The translations under genes were made by a program, and so were the position numbers. Below are positions 18,190-25,778 of a stretch of DNA of 47,507 bases, in pieces. This DNA comes from Deltaproteobacteria bacterium (GTDB lineage: Bacteria; Desulfobacterota; Dissulfuribacteria; Dissulfuribacterales; UBA3076), in NCBI GenBank assembly GCA_019310825.1, contig JAFDDO010000001.1:1-47507 (forward strand). The letters run 5' to 3'. The notes below the pieces were generated by a model. That model was not told the DNA's origin, searched no databases, and saw nothing but the letters and a program-made list of their open reading frames with translations. Every line of letters starts with the position of its first letter. Position 1 is the first letter of the stretch.

Positions 18190-19992
18190 ATGCATAAGAA
18201 GACAATCTTAGTCGTAGGTTCCGGAGGACGCGAACACGCCCTTTGCTGGAAGCTGGCTTCCAGCCCCAGGATTTCAAGAGTATTCTGTGCTCCTGGAAAT
18301 GCTGGCATAAGTCAACATGCCGTCTGTGTACCTTTAAAAGTCTCTGACATTAAAGGCCTTGTATCATTTGTCAAAAAGGAGGGTATCGATATAACGTTAG
18401 TAGGTCCGGAAACCCCTCTGACTGAAGGTCTGGTAGATAAATTTAACGAACATGGACTTGCAGTATTCGGACCTACAAAAGCGGCTGCTGAGATTGAGGC
18501 AAGTAAGGTATTTTCAAAAGATTTACTCACTGAGGCAGGTATACTAACAGGGGCCTACAAGGTCTTTACCGAGCCTAATGCCGCTTTTGATTATATCAAG
18601 AACATAGTTGGAGTGCCCATTGCAATAAAGGCAGACGGGCTGGCAGCCGGCAAGGGAGTGTTGATCGCCCACTCACTTGCTGAGGCGGAAGAGGCAATAG
18701 ATCTCATCCTTTGCAAAAAGGCCTTTGGTAAAGCAGGCAATTGTCTGATAGTAGAGGAATTTCTCGCCGGGGAAGAAGCCTCCTTCATGGCTATAACCGA
18801 CGGAACAACAGTCCTTCCCCTTGCCACTTCTCAGGACCATAAGCCCATATTTGATAATGATCAGGGGCCTAATACCGGCGGTATGGGTGCTTACTCTCCA
18901 GCACCAGTGGTAAGCGGTGCCCTATTTGACGATATCATGGACACGGTTATGAGACCCACAGTAGAAGCCATGGCAAGGGCAAAAAGGCCTTATCAGGGAG
19001 TACTTTATGGTGGCCTTATAATTAAAGATGATGTGTTTAAGGTCTTGGAATTTAACTGCCGGTTCGGTGATCCAGAGGCCCAGCCGATCCTGATGCGACT
19101 TAGCACTGACCTGATGGAAGTATTTGAGGCAGCACTTGAAGGCAGGTTAAATGAAGTCAAACTTGAGTGGGACCCAAGGGCTGCTGTCTGCGTTGTCCTG
19201 GCCTCTGGAGGCTATCCTGGAAGCTATGAGACAGGCAAGGTCATCCACGGCCTGGAAAAAGTGGCTGAGATGCAAGACGTAATGGTCTTCCACGCAGGGA
19301 CTGCCAAGGATGGAGACCGATTCGTCACATCTGGTGGAAGAGTTCTGGGGATTACGGCACTTGGTAATACAATTCCAGAAGCGATAGAACTTGCATATAA
19401 AGCAGTTGGTCAAATTTCCTGGGAAGGCATGCACTATAGAAGGGATATTGGTCAAAAGGCCCTCGGATACACGTCCGGTGCGACCAGTACGCCTGTTTCC
19501 TCGCATCTCGGCATCTCTGCCAAGGTAGGTATTGTCATGGGAAGCCTCAGTGACAAGGAGGTTATGGAAGCAGCCAGGGATATCCTGAATGAGTTTGGTA
19601 TTGCATATGAGTTGAGGGTTGCCTCAGCACATCGCTCCCCGGAACTTACTGCATCATACGCCAGGGAGGCAGAAACTAGAGGAATAAAGGTCTTAATAGC
19701 CGGCGCCGGAATGGCCGCACACTTGGCCGGCAGCTTGGCAGCTAATACTATACTCCCTGTAATAGGGGTACCAGTAAACAATTCGGCATTGAATGGACTT
19801 GATGCCTTGCTCTCCACTGCCCAGATGCCCCCTGGAGTCCCTGTTGCAACTATGGCAATAGGAGAAGCCGGGGCAAAAAATGCCGCCTTGCTGGCACTTC
19901 AGATCCTGGCACTGGAAGATCAGGACCTTGCAAGGAAATTAAAAAAATACAGAGAGGCCCAGGCAAGAGAGATAGAAGAGGTTAAACTTTAA
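18190..19992 (+). CDS. purD: Fusion protein: phosphoribosylamine-glycine ligase (PurD) + N5-CAIR mutase (PurE)
   Basis: N-terminal KILVVGSGGREHAL...ATP-grasp...GGRVLGITA is PurD. The C-terminal ~160 aa are PurE (KVGIVMGSLSDKEVM...SAHRSPE...AGMAAHLAG...PVIGVPV). ATG 18190 follows GGGGAG. Confidence 0.9.
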   Translation: MHKKTILVVGSGGREHALCWKLASSPRISRVFCAPGNAGISQHAVCVPLKVSDIKGLVSFVKKEGIDITLVGPETPLTEGLVDKFNEHGLAVFGPTKAAAEIEASKVFSKDLLTEAGILTGAYKVFTEPNAAFDYIKNIVGVPIAIKADGLAAGKGVLIAHSLAEAEEAIDLILCKKAFGKAGNCLIVEEFLAGEEASFMAITDGTTVLPLATSQDHKPIFDNDQGPNTGGMGAYSPAPVVSGALFDDIMDTVMRPTVEAMARAKRPYQGVLYGGLIIKDDVFKVLEFNCRFGDPEAQPILMRLSTDLMEVFEAALEGRLNEVKLEWDPRAAVCVVLASGGYPGSYETGKVIHGLEKVAEMQDVMVFHAGTAKDGDRFVTSGGRVLGITALGNTIPEAIELAYKAVGQISWEGMHYRRDIGQKALGYTSGATSTPVSSHLGISAKVGIVMGSLSDKEVMEAARDILNEFGIAYELRVASAHRSPELTASYAREAETRGIKVLIAGAGMAAHLAGSLAANTILPVIGVPVNNSALNGLDALLSTAQMPPGVPVATMAIGEAGAKNAALLALQILALEDQDLARKLKKYREAQAREIEEVKL

Positions 19993-20203
19993 ATTAGAAA
20001 TTAGAAATTTGGTAGAGATAAAATGAGTTTGCGAGTTGGATGTTTACAAACTGACAAAAGAATTATCAGACATGGTCTAGTACGACCTTGATAAGTGGAA
20101 CAAGAAAGTTCAGAACACCGTGAGCTATCAGATAATACGATCATCTAAAACAGTACAAAAGCATGAAGGCCAAATTTCCAGTTCCTATTTTCTAATTTCA
20201 ATG
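19991..20203. repeat. Inverted heptamer-array arms (aaattag/ctaattt type) flanking ~157 bp that carries a decayed reading frame
   Basis: Left arm aaattagaaattagaaatttgg (19991-20012). Right arm ccaaatttccagttcctattttctaatttcaatg (20170-20203). The right arm shares aaatttccagtt with the 8433 and 43104 elements. Confidence 0.7.
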
Positions 20204-20237
20204 TTCAGTGAACGCTTACTTATTTTTTAATTATGAT

Positions 20238-20852
20238 ATGGTCCCACCACCTGACCGCCTATTAATCCAACGAGCTGCAGATATAGTGCGGAAAGGTGGA
20301 GTGGTGGCCTTTCCCACAGAGACGAGCTATGGGCTCGGGGCCTCAATAAAACACATCGATGCCCTTGAACGAATCTATATAATCAAAAAAAGGCCTAGGC
20401 ACAAACCACTTTTGATCCTCATTTCAAATATTTCGGATCTTATCCATCTGGTCAACCAAGTTCCGCCGGCAGCAGTTACCTTGATAGAGCGCTTCTGGCC
20501 AGGTCCCTTGACCCTACTCTTACCAGCTAAACCTAATCTACCGTGGCCACTCTGTGCAAATACAGACAAAGTGGGGGTAAGAATTTCTAGCCATTCATGG
20601 GCACATTCCCTGGTAACAACCCTGGGAAATCCTATGACCGCAACCAGTGCAAATCTCTCAAAATACCCTGCCACCTATAAGGCCGAGGAAGTTGCGGATC
20701 AGTTACTATCTTTTCCGCCTGACTATATACTGGACGGAGGGCCCACATCTGGAGAGGCCCCATCCACGATCATAGATGTGTGCACTGACCCTATTAAAAT
20801 TATACGGGAAGGTGCAATCAACCCAAAAGATATTAGAAGTGTTTCGGCCTGA
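20238..20852 (+). CDS. tsaC: L-threonylcarbamoyladenylate synthase, TsaC/YrdC/Sua5 family
   Basis: VVAFPTETSYGLGA, PLTLLLP, VGVRISSH and TSANLS motifs. The start is ambiguous: GTG 20208 or ATG 20238. Confidence 0.8.
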   Translation: MVPPPDRLLIQRAADIVRKGGVVAFPTETSYGLGASIKHIDALERIYIIKKRPRHKPLLILISNISDLIHLVNQVPPAAVTLIERFWPGPLTLLLPAKPNLPWPLCANTDKVGVRISSHSWAHSLVTTLGNPMTATSANLSKYPATYKAEEVADQLLSFPPDYILDGGPTSGEAPSTIIDVCTDPIKIIREGAINPKDIRSVSA

Positions 20853-20876
20853 TCGGGAATTCACAATTTTATAAAT

Positions 20877-21944
20877 ATGCGCATAATACGTGAATTTTGG
20901 TTACCTGTCTTACTCTACTTAGTTTTTCTATCCGGTTATCAGATCTGGAAAGAATGTACTCTGCCTGTTTCTGAAACAGGCAGAAGCAAGATCGTATTAA
21001 TTCCAACGGGGAGCAGCTTCTCCTCAGCAACACAACAACTTGAAACAGAAGGTTTAATCAAATCCAAAAAGGCATTTTATTGCCTGGCCTGGTTGAAAGA
21101 TGCAACAACCAAAATAAAGGCGGGAGAATACGAGCTCTCTCCAACTCAAACTCCTGCAGAGATCCTGGATTACTTGGTCCATGGAAAAATCCGCCAATAT
21201 ATCGTTACCATTCCAGAAGGCTATAACCTGTTTCAGATAGATAACCTTCTTGCAAATGCAAAATTGATATCAAAAGATTCATTTCTCAATGTGGCAAGGG
21301 ACAAAAACATCTTAAGAACTTTGGGTATAAAGGCTGATAGCGCCGAGGGCTATGTTTACCCTGACACCTATCAACTGACCAAGGACGCTACGGCATATGA
21401 GATGCTCCGCACCTTTGTAAATCATTTCTGGGAAGTATGGAATTCAGCAAAATTCAGCCGCAGAACAGAAAAACTAGGTGTTAAAATACACGATATAGTA
21501 ACCATTGCTTCCATAGTTGAAAAAGAGGCCATGCGGTCAAGAGAAAGGCCTCTAATTGCTTGCGTATTTTGGAATCGCCTAAAAAAAAATATGCCTCTCC
21601 AGGCAGATCCGACCGTCCACTACGGAATACTTGTGGAAACAAAAGCAAAAAAGCGCCGTCTTAGGTGGAAAGATCTTAGAAAAAACACTCCCTATAACAC
21701 TTACGTAAACAGGGGTCTTCCCAATGGACCAATTTCAAACCCCGGCAAGGAATCCATAAGGGCGACTCTCTATCCATCAAAAAAGAATTATTTCTATTTT
21801 GTTTCAAAAAATAATGGGACACATTGTTTTTCCCAGACTCTGGCTGAACATAATAGGGCTGTAAATAAGTATCAACGCCGGCGCAAATACCGGCCCAGAA
21901 AAAAGACCAACCCTGATTCAACACAAACCAATACCCCACTTTGA
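20877..21944 (+). CDS. mltG: Endolytic murein transglycosylase MltG (YceG-like)
   Basis: N-terminal TM helix, EGYVYPDTYQL, ASIVEKEA, LQADPTVHYG, YNTYVNRGLPNGPISNPG. Confidence 0.85.
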   Translation: MRIIREFWLPVLLYLVFLSGYQIWKECTLPVSETGRSKIVLIPTGSSFSSATQQLETEGLIKSKKAFYCLAWLKDATTKIKAGEYELSPTQTPAEILDYLVHGKIRQYIVTIPEGYNLFQIDNLLANAKLISKDSFLNVARDKNILRTLGIKADSAEGYVYPDTYQLTKDATAYEMLRTFVNHFWEVWNSAKFSRRTEKLGVKIHDIVTIASIVEKEAMRSRERPLIACVFWNRLKKNMPLQADPTVHYGILVETKAKKRRLRWKDLRKNTPYNTYVNRGLPNGPISNPGKESIRATLYPSKKNYFYFVSKNNGTHCFSQTLAEHNRAVNKYQRRRKYRPRKKTNPDSTQTNTPL

Positions 21945-22174
21945 ACCACCACTCTTTTTTTCCTAATCGCTAAATAATTATCAAAAAAACTTTTTCAAAA
22001 GTTTCAAGTAGATGATACTTTTATTCGATATAAATATTTGAGGTGACTTATATATTTCTGTCTCAATTTCAGAAATCATCATTTTTAAAAGCAAATTATA
22101 GAAAAATAAAGGAAAGCACAGTTTCCATTATATAATATGTTGATGTTTTTTGGTTAAATTATCTCTTAATTATC

Positions 22175-22204
22175 TTGACAGGCAACCCTTTAGTAAAATA
22201 TATA
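22175..22204 (+). promoter_or_regulatory. Candidate sigma70-type dcw promoter (TTGACA, 18 nt, TATATA)
   Basis: TTGACA at 22175-22180 and TATATA at 22199-22204, immediately upstream of the GTGGG repeats and mraZ. Confidence 0.4.
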
Positions 22205-22212
22205 GGTATATA

Positions 22213-22237
22213 GTGGGATAAAGTGGGGGAAAGGGGT
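22213..22237 (+). promoter_or_regulatory. Candidate MraZ operator: three direct pentamer repeats at 10-bp phasing
   Basis: GTGGG (22213-17), GTGGG (22223-27) and GGGGT (22233-37), 8 nt upstream of the mraZ ATG. E. coli MraZ is known to bind GTGGG direct repeats with 10-bp periodicity. Confidence 0.5.
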
Positions 22238-22244
22238 AAAAGCA

Positions 22245-22694
22245 ATGTTCAGAGGACGGTCGGCCCATGTCTTGGATGCCAAGGGCCGTCTTAGCATTCC
22301 AGCCCGTTTTAAAGAGTTCTTACAGGCAAAATACGATAGCAGGTTGATAGTCACCAACCTGCCCTCTTGCCTCGCAGCTTATCCTTTTGAGGAATGGCGA
22401 AAGATAGAAGAACATTTCAGCCAGTTCCAATTTGGACCTCCTGAAGTCGTAGCCTTTAAAAGGTACTTGTTAGGAGCAGCAGCGGAGTGTCCCCTGGATG
22501 GCCAGGGGAGAATATTGATACCCCTGAGGCTTCGTGAAGAGGCAGGACTGACTAGAGATGTGGTTCTCTCGGGCATGCTCACCTATTGTGAAATATCAAA
22601 CAAGGATAACTTGAACAAAGAATTGCAAAAAACGAGGGATAACTTTGACCAGTACAGCAGCGATATCACCTCTAAATTCGGAATTAGCGGCTAG
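22245..22694 (+). CDS. mraZ: Transcriptional regulator MraZ
   Basis: MFRGRSAHVLDAKGRLSIPARF...DGQGRILIP shows the double SpoVT/AbrB-like repeats. First gene of the dcw cluster. Confidence 0.95.
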   Translation: MFRGRSAHVLDAKGRLSIPARFKEFLQAKYDSRLIVTNLPSCLAAYPFEEWRKIEEHFSQFQFGPPEVVAFKRYLLGAAAECPLDGQGRILIPLRLREEAGLTRDVVLSGMLTYCEISNKDNLNKELQKTRDNFDQYSSDITSKFGISG

Positions 22695-22704
22695 AAAGGA
22701 GACT

Positions 22705-23610
22705 ATGCATGTCCCTGTAATGGTCTCCGAAGTGCTAAACGGCCTGTCGTTGAGGCCCGGTGGGATCTATGTTGACGCAACGCTGGGCCTGGGAGGCCAT
22801 ACAGAGGCCATACTGTCAAAGTGCCCTGAAGTCAAAATGGTCCTTGGCCTTGACCATGATACAGAAGCCCTGGAACAGGCCGAATCCAGATTGGCCCCAT
22901 TTGGGGACAGGGTTCGATTCATTCACAGCAACTTCATCCATCTTCACGATGTTCTCTTGTTCAACAAAATAGAGCAAGTTGATGGGATACTCATGGACCT
23001 TGGAATTTCCAGCTTCCATCTGGAAAACAGCAGGAGGGGCTTCAGCTTCTCCAGGGACGAACCTCTTGACATGCGTATGGATACATCTGCTGGTGCAGTG
23101 ACTGCTGCTAACATGGTCAACAAGCTTCCTGTTGAAAAATTGACCAAGCTTATCCAAACATACGGGGAAGAGAGATGGGCAAAGAGAATCGCCAAACGCA
23201 TATATGACAGGCGGAAGACAGCCCCGATTCTGAACTCAACGGACTTGGCAGAAGTGGTTGCTAATTCCATTCCAAGGAAATACCATCCACGCCGAATTCA
23301 TCCTGCCACACGGACCTTCCAGGCACTGCGAATCGCGGTGAACCGAGAGCTGGACAACCTTAAAGAGGCTCTTGACTCACTCCCGTCTTGTCTGAGACCC
23401 GAAGGGCGAATGTGTATTATCTCCTTTCACTCCCTGGAGGACCGTCTGGTTAAAATCGCTTTCAGAGAAGATAAAAGATTGAAACCCTTAACCAAAAAAC
23501 CTCTGGTACCAAGTCGTGAAGAAATGCGAAGTAATCCCAGGGCCAGAAGTGCCAAGCTAAGAATTGCTCAATATATGGAGCCCAACGAGACTCAATTTAA
23601 ATTAATATGA
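22705..23610 (+). CDS. rsmH: 16S rRNA m4C1402 methyltransferase RsmH (MraW)
   Basis: HVPVMVSEVL...YVDATLGLGGH...GILMDLGISS...ISFHSLEDR. ATG 22705 follows AAAGGAG. Confidence 0.95.
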   Translation: MHVPVMVSEVLNGLSLRPGGIYVDATLGLGGHTEAILSKCPEVKMVLGLDHDTEALEQAESRLAPFGDRVRFIHSNFIHLHDVLLFNKIEQVDGILMDLGISSFHLENSRRGFSFSRDEPLDMRMDTSAGAVTAANMVNKLPVEKLTKLIQTYGEERWAKRIAKRIYDRRKTAPILNSTDLAEVVANSIPRKYHPRRIHPATRTFQALRIAVNRELDNLKEALDSLPSCLRPEGRMCIISFHSLEDRLVKIAFREDKRLKPLTKKPLVPSREEMRSNPRARSAKLRIAQYMEPNETQFKLI

Positions 23611-23646
23611 TGAACTTCTTGCAAAACCTGCTTTGGGAGAAAAAAA

Positions 23647-24009
23647 ATGAGTCCTCGATCAGCAACAATTAGAATACCCCAAAGACGTTCATATGTTCCG
23701 ATGGCACAGAAAAACAGCGCCGGCAGCAGTCTTTCATTCTCAAAAATACTCAAGATAACCCGTCATAAGACCATAGCGCTCATTGCTCTAGCCGCCTTAT
23801 TAATTCTGGGATTCTGGATCACTCACGAAATCCGAAAAACAGCAAATGACTTAGAGTTGCTTCAGATAGAGAAAGGCCGTCTCAGTGCTCAATATCAGGA
23901 TTTCAGCATTCAAATGGACCAGATCAAAGCACGCAGCCGTATGGAAAAATTGGGGAGGAAAATGGGACTTCACCCACCCACTGGCAGACAAACAATATTT
24001 CTTAACTGA
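23647..24009 (+). CDS. ftsL: Cell division protein FtsL-like (small bitopic coiled-coil protein)
   Basis: Position between rsmH and ftsI, a single TM helix (IALIALAALLILGFWI), and a following coiled-coil ending in MGLHPP. Confidence 0.65.
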   Translation: MSPRSATIRIPQRRSYVPMAQKNSAGSSLSFSKILKITRHKTIALIALAALLILGFWITHEIRKTANDLELLQIEKGRLSAQYQDFSIQMDQIKARSRMEKLGRKMGLHPPTGRQTIFLN

Positions 24010-24020
24010 TAAAGATCAGA

Positions 24021-25778
24021 ATGAGCTTTCCTTATAAAAACAAGAGGATTTTGTTCCTTTTCAGCCTCGCAGGTCTTGTGATCATTGCTACGTCGTCTGT
24101 TGGTTGTTTTTGGCAGAGCAATAATGTTAATAGCGAAGATAACATTGATTCGTCTAGGCTTTCTCAACAACGGGGCAGTGACTACTATTCCCAGCAAAGC
24201 CCCCTGTACAAGGGCATAATTCTTGATAGGACAGGAGCGATATTCGCCGTAAGCCAAAAAACAATTTCTGCCCTAGTAAGGCCTTCCAAGTTGCCGCAAG
24301 TTGATGATTGGGTACCACGGGTATCAGAAATCCTTGGCCTTGATCACCAAACTTTGGCAAACATGCTTGCAGAGGAGCGGGGCGTTATCTGTCTAAAAGA
24401 CGGCATTTCCGTAAAACAAGGCCTGAAGCTCAAAGACATGCAGCTTAAAGGAATAGAAATACTGGAAAAATATAAAAGGGTATATCCTTGCGGTTCACTG
24501 GCCTCTCCGGTTTTGGGTTTTGTCGATCAAGGCGGCAGAGGCCTTGAGGGAATTGAATACACATATGGCAGCCTTTTAAGCCACACTAGTTTGCCACAAA
24601 TTCACGCAGGTGGCCATGAGCTTACGCTTACCCTTGAAAAAAACATTCAGTCATCAGCGGAAAAAGAGCTTGGCAGGCAGATGAAAAGGCTTAAGGCCGA
24701 CAAAGGCTGTCTTGTTATAATGAGTGTTGAAAACGGTGAGATCCTTGCCCTTGCCAGCAAGCCTTCCTGGGACCCGGAACGTTTTTGGGAACTACCTGCG
24801 ACGAATATTACAAATTACTCTCTGCAAGATAATGTTGACCTGATGGTCCTTGCGCCTCTTCTAAACTGGATGTTTGAACAAAGTAAGCTTCCAAAATCAG
24901 AAATCCCGTCTTTGGACGAAATGGCCCACAAGTGTCAATGGGAGATTTTGGGTAAAGGTCTGGTCCTATGGAGTCCCTGGAATGAACAGGAGCTGAAAGA
25001 TATCGTCTCTTATGACGACATGTCAAGGGATCTCTGGGATCTGGGTTTTGGTCAGTCTACAGGTATTGACCTTCCGGGTGAAGGCCAAGGCAGCCTGTCA
25101 TCAACCCTGCCAAGGTCACAGAATTGCTTCTTAGGCCGGGCTATCACAGCCAGTCCGATACAGATTCTCAGGGCCTTCTCTGCCCTGATAAATAAAAATA
25201 TATTGGTGACACCACACGTGGCCCTACAAAGCCCTAATGAATTCCTGACATCTGAGTCTTCTGTGAAGGACCAAAGGCAGTCCAAAATCCCATGGTTAAC
25301 AGAAAAGCTTATACTCAAATTGCGGAAAAACCTCGCGGTCAGAGGAGGACCTTCTCTTGCGAGCATTAGGTGGGATGAACAGTCTGAGCAAATATCTACT
25401 CAATTTCCAGCCCAGGTCACTGCCCTGGGATTCTGGCCCGACAAATCACCCAAAGTAAGTTATATTGTTTTGCTCGACGGCGTAAAAGTTGACCCTCGTG
25501 AACGTCGGGGCACCCTAGGACGATCACTAATAGTAGCGAAACAGGCGGCACAAATACCCTTGAAAAACGAATGGCGAACGGTAAAAAGCCAGGAGACCAA
25601 AAAAGAACTCTCCAGGATGCCAAATCTTAAGGGAAAATCCGTAAGGCAGGCCTTGGATATTCTGCAAGCCATAGGCATTTCCATCAAACTCAAAGGTGTA
25701 GGGACTGTGATCGCACAGAAACCAAGATCAGGAATATCTCTTAATGGTGTGAAGGTCTGCAGCATAACCTGTAAGTGA
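24021..25778 (+). CDS. ftsI: FtsI/PBP3-like class B PBP homologue with C-terminal PASTA domain; catalytic motifs apparently degenerate
   Basis: PBP-dimer signature YPCGSLASPVLGFVDQGGRGLEGIEY and VIMSVENGEILALASKPSWDP, transpeptidase-fold landmarks GFGQSTGIDLPGE and ITASPIQILRAFSALIN, and PASTA MPNLKGKSVRQALDIL...VIAQKP. See the findings for the missing motifs. Confidence 0.8.
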   Translation: MSFPYKNKRILFLFSLAGLVIIATSSVGCFWQSNNVNSEDNIDSSRLSQQRGSDYYSQQSPLYKGIILDRTGAIFAVSQKTISALVRPSKLPQVDDWVPRVSEILGLDHQTLANMLAEERGVICLKDGISVKQGLKLKDMQLKGIEILEKYKRVYPCGSLASPVLGFVDQGGRGLEGIEYTYGSLLSHTSLPQIHAGGHELTLTLEKNIQSSAEKELGRQMKRLKADKGCLVIMSVENGEILALASKPSWDPERFWELPATNITNYSLQDNVDLMVLAPLLNWMFEQSKLPKSEIPSLDEMAHKCQWEILGKGLVLWSPWNEQELKDIVSYDDMSRDLWDLGFGQSTGIDLPGEGQGSLSSTLPRSQNCFLGRAITASPIQILRAFSALINKNILVTPHVALQSPNEFLTSESSVKDQRQSKIPWLTEKLILKLRKNLAVRGGPSLASIRWDEQSEQISTQFPAQVTALGFWPDKSPKVSYIVLLDGVKVDPRERRGTLGRSLIVAKQAAQIPLKNEWRTVKSQETKKELSRMPNLKGKSVRQALDILQAIGISIKLKGVGTVIAQKPRSGISLNGVKVCSITCK

